A stretch of 64,000 nt of DNA from positions 5,165 to 69,164 of the forward strand of contig JAQTVM010000005.1 in assembly GCA_028706745.1 (NCBI GenBank). Direction: 5' to 3'. Of this stretch, positions 29,121 through 38,654 are shown one piece after another. The notes under the pieces are model-generated. The model did not search any database, was not told the DNA's origin, and saw only the letters and a list, made by a program, of their open reading frames with translations. The stretch is from Candidatus Nanoarchaeia archaeon. GTDB taxonomy: Archaea; Nanobdellota; Nanobdellia; SCGC-AAA011-G17; GW2011-AR17. The position numbers were made by a program, and so were the translations under genes. Position 1 is the first letter of the stretch, and each line of letters begins with the position of its first letter.

Positions 29121-29492
29121 CTACTTGCTATAGTGCGTGTACTTCTCGTTCTTTCCCTTAACTTTCTCAACAGGATACTTCTTTCTTGCCTCAACCATCT
29201 TTTCCTTAAGTGACTCTGACAGGTCAATATTGCAAACTTCGGAAATCCTCAGGACTGCGTGGAATATGTCAGCCAGCTCATAAGAAATCTCCTTTTTCTT
29301 TTCAGCGTCCTTTAAAAATTCCTGAATCTCTTCATTGCTCTTGAACCTGAAATGCTCCATCAATTCTGAAACTTCAATGCTTAATGCAATTCCCAGGTCT
29401 TTCGGGTTATGAAATTTCTCCCAGTCCCTCTCCTTTGCAAAAGCGGAGACAATGTCCTTCATTTCCTGTATCTTTGATTCATTGTCAGCCAT
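29121..29492 (-). CDS. MazG-like nucleotide pyrophosphohydrolase (dCTPP1-like)
   Basis: ERDWEKFHNPKDL, EVSELME, ELADI, KKYP. Confidence 0.9.
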   Translation of the reverse strand: MADNESKIQEMKDIVSAFAKERDWEKFHNPKDLGIALSIEVSELMEHFRFKSNEEIQEFLKDAEKKKEISYELADIFHAVLRISEVCNIDLSESLKEKMVEARKKYPVEKVKGKNEKYTHYSK

Positions 29493-29507
29493 CTTGTATC
29501 TCCTTTC

Positions 29508-30221
29508 TTACGCACTTAAAATCCGCTTCATAAGGCTTATTTCCTCTTCAGCTTCATTGTTGATATTGCCTGTAATTTTCCCCTCCAGTATTATAGGGAG
29601 GTCATTCCTTAGCAGACTGGTTATTATCTTGCTGTTTTCCGACTGGTGCAAAAGCGTATGAGTGTTATTCTTAAGCTGTCCGCTTGCGTGAAATTCCCTT
29701 ATATTATCGCCCATTGCCTCAATAATTTCTCCTGCAAGCTGCATCGCAGGGTCGTGCATGTATGCGTGCTGCAGGTCAAGAACAAACCCGAAATTATAAT
29801 CCTTTTTAAGCTTTTCAAACTCCTGCGGCCTTGTCCCGCACCTTGCCTTGTTGTCCATGTTCTCAATCAAAAAAGGCAGCCCTGACTTTTCCAGCAGCGA
29901 ATAATCATCAACAGTGTTCGGATGCAGCACAATGCCGTATATCTTTTGCACAGAACATATTTCCTTTAATTTGTCCACGATTGTTGAAGAATTTCCGTCA
30001 TACCTGACGCCGTCCTTCCACGGCGCGTGTATTGTAACAAGCTCATAGGAAGAAAGCGTTTCAAGAAACTCGTCTGTAATCTTGTAATCCTTCAGGGCGC
30101 AGGGCGTGCCAAAGCTCAGTTCAATTGCGTTTGCGCCGGCTGCCTTGAACATTTTTGCCCTTTCCTCAATAGGAAAATAAGAATTGTGCATTGAGCCTGT
30201 TGAAAAGCCGATGTGTGCCAT
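29508..30221 (-). CDS. Xylose-isomerase/AP-endonuclease-2-like TIM-barrel protein
   Basis: TIHAP, VLHP, IENMD, LDLQH, FHAS, ILE metal ligands. Confidence 0.75.
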   Translation of the reverse strand: MAHIGFSTGSMHNSYFPIEERAKMFKAAGANAIELSFGTPCALKDYKITDEFLETLSSYELVTIHAPWKDGVRYDGNSSTIVDKLKEICSVQKIYGIVLHPNTVDDYSLLEKSGLPFLIENMDNKARCGTRPQEFEKLKKDYNFGFVLDLQHAYMHDPAMQLAGEIIEAMGDNIREFHASGQLKNNTHTLLHQSENSKIITSLLRNDLPIILEGKITGNINNEAEEEISLMKRILSA

Positions 30222-30346
30222 ATGCCTAGTTCTCTAATATATGTATATAAAGATTGCGTTAGAAAAGGAAACCAAAGCAAACACTGGAATAAAGGCGGCT
30301 TTCTGCGGCGAAACGTATTTAAAGACCTGCTTTATACTCTCTTGCC

Positions 30347-31051
30347 ATGGGCTTAGAGCAGGCGCTTGGGAAGTACGAGTATTTTCTTAATGATGAGGAT
30401 GCATCAATCTATATAGGCGCTTCAGGCGTTGAGACATACAAGGATAAGGTTGATTTTGTATTAAGCCCTGAAGAGATTAATGAGTTCCTGCAAAAGGCAA
30501 TGGATTTCAATTTCGAACAGCACCGCTACAGTGAAATAACAGGGATGTATGTTACGAAGCTGATGCAGAATTATATTAACGCCTGCTCAGACTATCCATT
30601 CTTTAAGCTGGATCTTCCTGTGGAACTGGACTGTCTGGGATTTGGGCTGAAAGCGAAAGGCGCTTTTTTATTCTTGGACATAAAAGGAAATCTGGGAGAC
30701 TCCTGCTTTACAGGTTCGCTCGGCTGTTCTGCGGACATCTTCGGGGATGTAAAAGACAATTTTGCAAGGTGTTCAATGCACTCATTTTTTAGGGTTACCG
30801 GGAATGTTGGTTATGGCTCTGCAGGGCATTCTCAAAAATGTGTTTATGAGTTTTTCCAAAAAGTGGGGCGCGGTTTTGACTGCGCAGAAAGCAATGAATT
30901 CAGGGCATTTACTCCAGAAGGCCTGAAAACGCTGAAGAAATATGTTCCTGCAGGGAATAGTATATCCTATTTAGAAAAAGACAAATTCGTTGACATAAAA
31001 CGCCTGCGCGACAAGTTTCCTTTTCTTGAGAAGTTTATGAGAAGGCACTGA
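30347..31051 (+). CDS. Hypothetical protein with short GxxG beta-solenoid (GXGXG/FwdC-like) repeats
   Basis: IKGNLGD, IFGDVKD, VTGNVGY repeats. Confidence 0.6.
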   Translation: MGLEQALGKYEYFLNDEDASIYIGASGVETYKDKVDFVLSPEEINEFLQKAMDFNFEQHRYSEITGMYVTKLMQNYINACSDYPFFKLDLPVELDCLGFGLKAKGAFLFLDIKGNLGDSCFTGSLGCSADIFGDVKDNFARCSMHSFFRVTGNVGYGSAGHSQKCVYEFFQKVGRGFDCAESNEFRAFTPEGLKTLKKYVPAGNSISYLEKDKFVDIKRLRDKFPFLEKFMRRH

Positions 31052-31067
31052 ATTCCAGCCGCCTTTT

Positions 31068-31418
31068 TCATGAAGCATTAAATGGCGCCCAGAATATGAT
31101 TTCAAAGGCAATATATTCGCTTTGCTCTCCAAGATATGCCTTTATCTTAGAAATTGCTTCCTTTTCAGAATCGGCCGAGGGAATTATTTCCTTGAAATTA
31201 ATTTTCTTTAAGATTTCATTCAAGTCTCCGGCAACGCTGTTTCCAATAGTGCCCCAAATGCTTTCGCCGCTGTATCCCCTTCTTATTTCGACTTTTCTGT
31301 TGGCATAAACATGCTTTTGCGAGAAACGCCCTTTGCATGCTCTTAATTCATATTTTTTCCCATTATGCTTGAAATCCAAGAAAGGCTGTGTGCATAACGG
31401 TACAAATAACCTGTCCAT
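31068..31418 (-). CDS. ASCH/PUA-like domain protein
   Basis: PFLDFKHNGKKYELR matches the ASCH G-K-x-x-E-x-R motif. Confidence 0.65.
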   Translation of the reverse strand: MDRLFVPLCTQPFLDFKHNGKKYELRACKGRFSQKHVYANRKVEIRRGYSGESIWGTIGNSVAGDLNEILKKINFKEIIPSADSEKEAISKIKAYLGEQSEYIAFEIIFWAPFNAS

Positions 31419-31453
31419 AAATTAAAGCATAGCAATTGCATTTAATAAGATTG

Positions 31454-31981
31454 CTATTTCATGGCTTGTTCCAGAACATGCTTCCTTATCCTTTCTGAAA
31501 TTTGTTCCAGATTTTCTTTCTGGAATATTTTAACCAATACTATGTCTCTTGTTCCTTTCTCATACAGATTAGCCTGCGCTAATTTTGAATAGCCGGAAAA
31601 ATATAAAATTCCTGCAATATCGCTTAAATCTTCCCGTGCGTCACAGATAAGGGCATCAAATTCTGCTTTTCCTTCTATTTCTGCCTGCTTAAGCATAAAA
31701 TGGGCAAAATCCCTTCTTCTGATTCCCGGATGAATCCTTATGTTCTTTATTTCTCTGACTCTGGATAATTGCTTATGTGGCTGGAATATTAAGTCCCCGA
31801 CTAAAGCCCTATCATTATATGCAAGAATTGCGGTTTTATAGCCGCTGTCCAGTTCTGCCTCGGTTCTCTGGACCCACGAGTCATATCCAGGATATCCTAA
31901 GTTTTGCTTGGCAAGAAAATCAATTGCCTCCCTTAGGTCAGATTTATCTGAAGGGGTCCTGAATGTGAAGCTGAATGCCAT
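31454..31981 (-). CDS. GNAT acetyltransferase
   Basis: YPGYDSW, EIKNIRIHPGIRRRDFAHFML, GYS...NLYE. Confidence 0.75.
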   Translation of the reverse strand: MAFSFTFRTPSDKSDLREAIDFLAKQNLGYPGYDSWVQRTEAELDSGYKTAILAYNDRALVGDLIFQPHKQLSRVREIKNIRIHPGIRRRDFAHFMLKQAEIEGKAEFDALICDAREDLSDIAGILYFSGYSKLAQANLYEKGTRDIVLVKIFQKENLEQISERIRKHVLEQAMK

Positions 31982-32072
31982 GATTTCAGGAATAAGCTCT
32001 TGATTTATAACCTTTTCCTCGTTGTGACTATGACGAAACCTTTTTATACACCCTTAAACCTTTCAAATCCTT

Positions 32073-34460
32073 ATGCCGGAATCAAAAATAAAGGAAAAAT
32101 CCTGGAACCAAGAGCTTGAAAAGGAAGCTTATGACAAGTGGAAGGCTGACAATCTGTACAAGTTCGATAAATCATCAAAAAAGCCGGTATACTCAATAGA
32201 CACTCCCCCGCCTTATGTAAACACTCCTGTCCATATCGGACAAGCCACTACATACTGTCTTATGGACATGTTTGCAAGATACAAGCGAATGAAAGGATGC
32301 AATATTCTTTTTCCCCTTGGCTTGGACAGGAACGGACTGCCGATTGAGATGGCTGCTGAAAAAAAGTTCAATATTAAGTTAACCAACACCCCCAGAGAGC
32401 AATATATAGAAGCCTGCAGAAAGGTTTTGGAAGAAAGCAGTGCCGCTTCAACAGACACTTTCCTGCAATTAGGCATCAGCTTTAACTCGTGGGAATTGGG
32501 GAATGAAATAGGGGATGTGTATCATACTGATTCTGACGCTTACAGGACTCTGACGCAGGAAACATTCATTGACATGTGGAACAAGGGATTAATCTATGAG
32601 GATGAAAGAATAAACAATTACTGCCCCGGCTGCCAGACAACACTTGCTGACGCAGAGGTTGATTATGCTGAAAAAGCATCCACATTCAATGACATCATAT
32701 TCACAGTGAAAGAGACAGGCGAGAAATTAACAATAGGCACAACAAGGCCTGAGCTGGTATGCACGTGCGGCATGGTGATATTCAATCCTGAAGATGAAAG
32801 ATACAAGCATTTGGAAGGAAAGCATGCAATTACTCCTTTGTTTAACAAGGAAGTTCCAATCAAATCCCATCCCATTGCGCAGATTGAAAAGGGAACAGGC
32901 TTGGCAATGATGTGCTCTGCAGGCGACCTGTCTGACATAAGGTTCTTCAGGGAAATGGGATTAACGCCAACTATTGCAATCAACAGGGACGGCACAATGA
33001 ACGAGCACGCCGGGTTTTTGAAAGGGCTTTACGTGAAAGATGCAAGAAAGAAGATTATTGAGGAATTAAAAGAGAAAGGATTGTTGGTTAAGCAGCAGCA
33101 GATTACGCACAAGACTCCTATCTGCGAAAGAAGCAAGCACGAGATTGAGTTCATTGCAATGAAGGAGTATTACGTAAAACAGCTTGATTTCAAGGACAAG
33201 ATGAGGGAGCTTGCAAACAAGGTTAATTTCTATGCGCCTGAATCAAGGAAGATAATGCTTGACTGGATTGATGCTGTATCAATTGACTGGCCTATTACAA
33301 GAAGGAGATTTTACGCAACAGAGGTTCCTCTCTGGTACTGCAGGAAATGCCATGAGGCGATTGTGCCTCCTAAAGGGAAATATTACAAGCCGTGGAAAGA
33401 GAAGGCGCCTGTTTCAAAGTGCCCGAAATGTTCTTCCACTGAGTTTGTCGGCGATGAAAGGGTGTTTGACCCGTGGTTTGACTCATCAATCTCCCCATTA
33501 TATATACTGAAGTATTCCATGGATGAGAATTTCTTTGAGAAGAATTCGCCTTGCTCGTTAAGGCCTCAGGGAAAGGAGATTATAAGGACCTGGCTTTATT
33601 ACACATTGCTTAAATGCTATCTTTTGACAGGCAAATGCATATTCAATGACGCGTGGATTAATTATCATATTGTTGATGAAAAGGGCAAGAAGATGTCAAA
33701 AAGCACAGGCAATGTGGTTGACCCTCAGGAAGTTCTGAAGAAGTTCGGCGCAGAGCCTTTCAGGCTGTGGGCTGCTGTTGAGGGAAACTTGGAAAGGGAT
33801 GACTTCCGCTGTTCATTTGAAAGAATAGAAGGAGCAGGAAAGACAATAGTTAAGCTGTGGAATGTTGCGAAGTTCATTTCAATGTTTGAGAGTGCATCTA
33901 AGCCTGCAAAACTTAATCCTCTTGACGAGTGGATTTTGTCAGAGCTCGACAGGCTTGTTGCGGTTTCAAATGAAAGCTATGGCAACTATAACTTTCACGA
34001 GCCGGCAATACAGCTGAAGCATTTCATATGGGAAACATTTGCTTCTCATTACATGGAATTGGTAAAGAACCGCGCTTATAATCAGGAAGGCAAGTGCTCA
34101 AAAGAAGAGCAGGATTCTGCATTATGGACACTGCACCACTGCCTTGAAACTTTATTGAAGCTTCTGGCTCCCATAATGCCAATGCTCACATACAAGCTTT
34201 CAATGGACTTGTTTGGGAAGGATGTTCATTTTGAGGAGTTTCCTGTTGCAGGAAATCACAAGGCGCCTTTTGCAACTGAAGAGCTTTTGGCATTTGACAG
34301 CGCAGTCTGGAAAGCCAAGAAGGACAAGGCACTCAGCCTGAAGGCAGAAGTGAAGAAAGCGGTTGTTCCGGAGGTTTTGAAAGTAATAGAGAAGGACTTG
34401 TGTTCCACGCACGGGCTAAAGCAAGTTGAGTATGGGAAAGAGTTTGGCGTTGAGCTGTAG
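32073..34460 (+). CDS. valS: Valine--tRNA ligase (archaeal type)
   Basis: IDTPPPY, HIGQ, TTRPE, DWPITRRR, RPQGKEIIRTW, KMSKS. Confidence 0.95.
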   Translation: MPESKIKEKSWNQELEKEAYDKWKADNLYKFDKSSKKPVYSIDTPPPYVNTPVHIGQATTYCLMDMFARYKRMKGCNILFPLGLDRNGLPIEMAAEKKFNIKLTNTPREQYIEACRKVLEESSAASTDTFLQLGISFNSWELGNEIGDVYHTDSDAYRTLTQETFIDMWNKGLIYEDERINNYCPGCQTTLADAEVDYAEKASTFNDIIFTVKETGEKLTIGTTRPELVCTCGMVIFNPEDERYKHLEGKHAITPLFNKEVPIKSHPIAQIEKGTGLAMMCSAGDLSDIRFFREMGLTPTIAINRDGTMNEHAGFLKGLYVKDARKKIIEELKEKGLLVKQQQITHKTPICERSKHEIEFIAMKEYYVKQLDFKDKMRELANKVNFYAPESRKIMLDWIDAVSIDWPITRRRFYATEVPLWYCRKCHEAIVPPKGKYYKPWKEKAPVSKCPKCSSTEFVGDERVFDPWFDSSISPLYILKYSMDENFFEKNSPCSLRPQGKEIIRTWLYYTLLKCYLLTGKCIFNDAWINYHIVDEKGKKMSKSTGNVVDPQEVLKKFGAEPFRLWAAVEGNLERDDFRCSFERIEGAGKTIVKLWNVAKFISMFESASKPAKLNPLDEWILSELDRLVAVSNESYGNYNFHEPAIQLKHFIWETFASHYMELVKNRAYNQEGKCSKEEQDSALWTLHHCLETLLKLLAPIMPMLTYKLSMDLFGKDVHFEEFPVAGNHKAPFATEELLAFDSAVWKAKKDKALSLKAEVKKAVVPEVLKVIEKDLCSTHGLKQVEYGKEFGVEL

Positions 34461-34491
34461 AATTCTGTAAATCCCTATAAAAAGAAGGCAG

Positions 34492-34509
34492 TTAAGGGGG
34501 CGCCCTTAA
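34492..34509. terminator. Hairpin between valS and fic (TTAAGGG-ggcg-CCCTTAA)
   Basis: Inverted repeat between convergent genes. Confidence 0.45.
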
Positions 34510-34516
34510 GAACCCC

Positions 34517-35956
34517 ATCTACTAATTTAGTAGATATTAGTAGATAGAATTAATCTGCTTTAAGTCGATTGATATTGTCCTTATTCTTTTCGTTAAAATA
34601 GAATACAAACGCCCTGGAAACTATCTTCTTGCTCAAAAATCCTTTTTCTGCCAGATAAAGCAGGTCGCTTCTTGCAGTTTGGTAAACAGTATTGTAAGTC
34701 TGTGCTATCTCTTTTATTGTGAAGTCCTTAGTAGGATTCTTCATAATCTCTTCAAGTATGCTTGCCTGTCTGAAATTCAGCCCTTTTGTATGCTTTATAA
34801 TTAGTGTGGCTTCCTGCTGCTCTTTTTGTTTTCGTTTAATATAATCTAAAAGGTCTATCAGCGCTTCATCAACACAGCCCACAATATATTTAATGAAATA
34901 AGTCATGTCCATTTCATCATATTCTGTATAAAGATATGCAATTCCATAATCCTTGCGTGAGCTCAAAATCCTTCTTGAAACAGCCATATACTCAAAAAGC
35001 CAATACCCCTTTGAAAGCAGATACCAATAAAATACGCTTCTTGCAGTCCTTCCATTCCCGTCATTGAACGGATGCACATACCCTATTAAAAAATGCAATA
35101 CTGTGGCTTTAATAATCGGGTGTATAAAATCCCCTTCTTCATTATTTGCAAAATAGCATATTTCATTTATCATATCTTTCACTTTTGCACATTTAGGAGG
35201 GATATGATATATTACTTCTGGATCCAAATGATCTCCCACCACAACATCATCCTTATCTCTGAAGCGTCCTGCATCTTTTTCATCTTTTAATGTGCCTTTT
35301 GTTATGGATGCTTGTATTTCCAACAAAAATTCAGGGCTGAGTTTTTCATCTTTTCTTTTTCTTATCATCTGCATCGTTTCAAACCCATTTACAACCATTT
35401 TTTCGCTTTCACTAAGGGGCTTTCTTTTTTGCTTAAGCATTTCTTTTGCGGCCTGTCTTGTGGTGGCTGCACCTTCCAGAATGCTTGAAGCTATTGCCTC
35501 TTCCATCAAAGAGCTGATTATATACCTCTTTTCCAAGCCTAAGCTCTTCTCTTGCAGAGCTATATTCCCTGTGAGGTATTTGTCAAACTGGTGCAGCTTT
35601 TTGTTGATTTCAGGCAGGCTATTGTATTTTGCTTTTATGTTCTGAAAGGGTATTTTCTCATATTTCTCGTTTCTTAGAAATTTCATCATTGCCCACAAAT
35701 ACTCCTGCTCTTTTGGGCTGTCTGCCCTATACTTGATTTCTTCCCAATAGAAGTATTTTCGGTTATATTCTGTCACTTTCTCGAACAGCTTTTTCTCTTT
35801 TAGTAATTTGAATACTTTCTCTCCATCTGTTTCAAGAGTATTTTTCCAGTCTTTTGGCTTTTCAGGCAGTTTCATTTTTATCTACTAATATTAAGATAAT
35901 TAGTATATGAGGTAATATATAAAGCTATCTACTAAATTAGTAGATATTAGTAGATA
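34517..35956. mobile_element. Direct-repeat-bounded Fic cassette
   Basis: ATCTACTAA(T/A)TTAGTAGATATTAGTAGATA at 34517-34546 and 35927-35956 (29/30 identical). The first 19 bp form a palindrome. Confidence 0.6.
34550..35875 (-). CDS. Fic-family protein with C-terminal wHTH
   Basis: Canonical HPFNDGNGRTAR, inhibitory-type SSILEG, C-terminal TARSDLLYL. Confidence 0.92.
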   Translation of the reverse strand: MKLPEKPKDWKNTLETDGEKVFKLLKEKKLFEKVTEYNRKYFYWEEIKYRADSPKEQEYLWAMMKFLRNEKYEKIPFQNIKAKYNSLPEINKKLHQFDKYLTGNIALQEKSLGLEKRYIISSLMEEAIASSILEGAATTRQAAKEMLKQKRKPLSESEKMVVNGFETMQMIRKRKDEKLSPEFLLEIQASITKGTLKDEKDAGRFRDKDDVVVGDHLDPEVIYHIPPKCAKVKDMINEICYFANNEEGDFIHPIIKATVLHFLIGYVHPFNDGNGRTARSVFYWYLLSKGYWLFEYMAVSRRILSSRKDYGIAYLYTEYDEMDMTYFIKYIVGCVDEALIDLLDYIKRKQKEQQEATLIIKHTKGLNFRQASILEEIMKNPTKDFTIKEIAQTYNTVYQTARSDLLYLAEKGFLSKKIVSRAFVFYFNEKNKDNINRLKAD

Positions 35957-36092
35957 ATTAGTATATAGAAATTATTTACTCTGTTTTCTTTTTGCCTGAA
36001 ATTCCTTCGGAATGTCCGGAAATAAGCATACCACTTGCCACTTGCCAGCCGCACGGGAAGGCAATATAAACCCTTTTATTATGGTTTGGAAT

Positions 36093-36719
36093 ATGGCAAG
36101 AATCAGAAAAGTATTTTACAAGGAACAGACTGCGCCTTTATTCAAAGGCATTAATGCTATTATTGTTGGGCTTGATTACAGATACAAAGAAAAGGGAAAA
36201 TCAGAGCATTCTGACAAGCTCTATGATTTCAGGTTTGAAGGCAAGGAAAGTGAATATTTTGAGGAGTCGCTTGCAAAATGCTTTTCAGAGCATATACAGA
36301 AGGACGCTTATTTTAAGCCGGACATTGTTGCAGTCATGCCAGGACATAAAGAAGGATATAGCCCGCATCTTGTTGAGCTTGCAAGAAAGTTTTGCGCAAG
36401 GTTTAATCTCAATTTCAATGAAACATTAATCAAAAGAGCAAAAGAATGCAGCAGGCAGCATGATGTAAGGCAGTTTGCAGAAAAGTATAATAATGCGGTA
36501 AACACAATGGAAGTTGCTGAAGATTTAAATAATAAGGCAGTTTTGGTAATAGATGACATATGCACAAGCGGGATGAGCTGCCTTGAGGCAATGCGGGCGC
36601 TTAAATCCCACAATGCAAAAAGAGCCCTGTTTTTGGTGCTGGGGCTTAACCATTCAAGGGAAGAATATGCTGAAATTCCAGAAGGAATGAGCGTATCGGA
36701 GTTTATGCTGGAGAAATGA
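36093..36719 (+). CDS. ComF-like phosphoribosyltransferase-fold protein
   Basis: VLVIDDICTSGMS PRPP loop. Start placed ~25 nt after the TATA box at 36063. Confidence 0.8.
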   Translation: MARIRKVFYKEQTAPLFKGINAIIVGLDYRYKEKGKSEHSDKLYDFRFEGKESEYFEESLAKCFSEHIQKDAYFKPDIVAVMPGHKEGYSPHLVELARKFCARFNLNFNETLIKRAKECSRQHDVRQFAEKYNNAVNTMEVAEDLNNKAVLVIDDICTSGMSCLEAMRALKSHNAKRALFLVLGLNHSREEYAEIPEGMSVSEFMLEK

Positions 36720-37531
36720 ATATGGACAATATAGAATATTGGCTTGCAGTAAGCATGATGAAGGGAATAGGGCCATCTAGGCTCTCTGAAGTTTATTCAT
36801 CTGCAACAAGCCCTGAAGAAATGCTTAAAGGGCAGGAAATTTTGCTTGAGAAAAGCAGGAAATATTTGGATTATTGCGATGAGAACAAAGTCAAGGTTAT
36901 GTTCTGCTTTGATAAGGAATATCCTGCTGTATTGCATTCAATAGCTGACAAGCCAAAAGTAATATTTACAAGAGGAGATATTGGTTTGCTTGAAAAGCCG
37001 TCTCTTGCCATTGTTGGAACAAGGCAGCCTTCTGAAAAAGCGGCATTGTTTGCAAAGAATATTGCTTCTTCTTTAAGCAAAAGTTTTAATATTGTGAGCG
37101 GCGGGGCAGAAGGCATTGATTCAATGGCTCATCTTGGCGCTCTTGAAGGATTTGGGAAGACAATTTGCGTTCTTGGCTCGGGATTTTTGAACAAATATCC
37201 TGCCTTGAATAACAAGATGTTTGATGAAATAGCCGAGAAAGGGCTTTTGATTACAGAGCAGGCGCCTGATTTTGTTGGCAACAGGTTTTCTCTTTTGCAA
37301 AGGAACAGGATAACATCTGCATTGAGCAAAGCTGTTTTTGTTGTCGCTTCAAAAGAAACAGGCGGCTCAATGTGGCAGGCTGAATTGGCTTGGAGGCAGA
37401 AAAGGCAGATATTCGTGCCGAGCTTATCATTGGGATTGGAGCCTTCTGCAGGGATTAAGCAGCTGCTTGAAAAGGGCAGGGCGGTGGAGTTTGATTCAGT
37501 TGAGAAGGCGGCGGAATTGGTAGGTAAATAA
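36716..37531 (+). CDS. dprA: DprA/Smf DNA-processing protein
   Basis: AIVGTR, IVSGGAEGIDSMAH, VLGSG, QRNRITSALS, GGSM. Confidence 0.92.
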   Translation: MNMDNIEYWLAVSMMKGIGPSRLSEVYSSATSPEEMLKGQEILLEKSRKYLDYCDENKVKVMFCFDKEYPAVLHSIADKPKVIFTRGDIGLLEKPSLAIVGTRQPSEKAALFAKNIASSLSKSFNIVSGGAEGIDSMAHLGALEGFGKTICVLGSGFLNKYPALNNKMFDEIAEKGLLITEQAPDFVGNRFSLLQRNRITSALSKAVFVVASKETGGSMWQAELAWRQKRQIFVPSLSLGLEPSAGIKQLLEKGRAVEFDSVEKAAELVGK

Positions 37532-37532
37532 T

Positions 37533-38063
37533 ATGGCTGAAGATGTAAATCTTAAAAATCAAATTAAAGAGGAAATATTAGAACTAAAAGAAATTGATAT
37601 AGCTATTTTAGAGGCATATAATGAGATGCCCAAAGATTTTAAGGAGAATATTAAATTTACAGATTACTACCTTTTTCATAGGGAAAGATTGCAAAAAAGA
37701 GCAGATAGAAATGAGCTACAAGAAGAATTAAATTCGCTCCCAGAACCCCTAGAAAAACCTAGAGAGATTATACCCGAAGAACAGCTTTGTAAAAGTTGTA
37801 AAAAAGAAAAAAAGGTTTGGGACGACAAAGATTATTGTAGCAAATGTAGAGACTTATTTAGGGAAGAAGCACAATCAAAATTGGTCCAGATCAAGGAAAT
37901 TCTTCTTAAAGATCCACATTTTGTTAAATTAACAAACGAAACTGCGGCAATTGCTTATGTCAAGGAAAAATTTGCTGCTGAACAGAATAAAAATAAATTT
38001 ATTACACTTACATCAATCGCAAAACAAGCATATCAACTTAAGAAAATTAATATGGGAAAATAA
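37533..38063 (+). CDS. Hypothetical protein with CxxC...CxxC zinc ribbon (AT-rich)
   Basis: CKSC and CSKC pairs; starts 1 nt after the dprA stop. Confidence 0.6.
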   Translation: MAEDVNLKNQIKEEILELKEIDIAILEAYNEMPKDFKENIKFTDYYLFHRERLQKRADRNELQEELNSLPEPLEKPREIIPEEQLCKSCKKEKKVWDDKDYCSKCRDLFREEAQSKLVQIKEILLKDPHFVKLTNETAAIAYVKEKFAAEQNKNKFITLTSIAKQAYQLKKINMGK

Positions 38064-38079
38064 GGAGTAACGAATAAAG

Positions 38080-38511
38080 ATGGTAAGAACCGAAGTTGTA
38101 GAAGGAGATTATAAGGGATATCACATAAACGTTTTTAATAATAGTATACATCTCTGCAAGGAATGGTCAAGTGAAGATATTGTATTAACCAAAAAAGACA
38201 TTAGAAAAATAGAGGCGGCTGCAGAAGATGTTGAAAGAAAGTACATAAGTAGAAAAAAATATATCTGCGGGGCTGCTGGAAGCGGATTTACTCTTTTAGC
38301 TTTTTTAAGTATAGTCAGTAATCCTCAATTTAATCTTATAAATGCACTATTATTCTCTGGAATATTTGGTAGTATATTCGGGGCAATAGCGGGTTTTTTA
38401 TTATGGCAATTTATGAGAAAAGTATGCTTTTTATGCCTTTTGAAAAACGGAAAAAGATTTACAGGAGTTTGCTCAAAAGGAGATTTCAAGAATATTATGG
38501 CCTTAAAATAA
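38080..38511 (+). CDS. Hypothetical 2-TM membrane protein (AT-rich)
   Basis: Two hydrophobic Gly-rich helices; AAGGAG Shine-Dalgarno-like site upstream. Confidence 0.6.
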   Translation: MVRTEVVEGDYKGYHINVFNNSIHLCKEWSSEDIVLTKKDIRKIEAAAEDVERKYISRKKYICGAAGSGFTLLAFLSIVSNPQFNLINALLFSGIFGSIFGAIAGFLLWQFMRKVCFLCLLKNGKRFTGVCSKGDFKNIMALK

Positions 38512-38654
38512 TAATGCCCAACCACAAGCAACCACAAAAAACACGCCGGAGGCCCGCCTTCCTACCTTCTGCTTGCTACCAGCCCACTTGCCCATTACGT
38601 ATATAAACCACTACTCTTTTAAACCCCTTATTACTTATCTATTTAGGTATTACA

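Noticed and set aside
30291..31067. 10-bp inverted repeat AAAGGCGGCT/AGCCGCCTTT flanking the 30347 gene as transposon ends
   Set aside because: Short, no target duplication or transposase, and the same word occurs elsewhere (~26633, ~52591).
32230..32250. HIGQ instead of HIGH in ValRS
   Set aside because: Variation at this position is common in class I synthetases, and the other motifs are intact.
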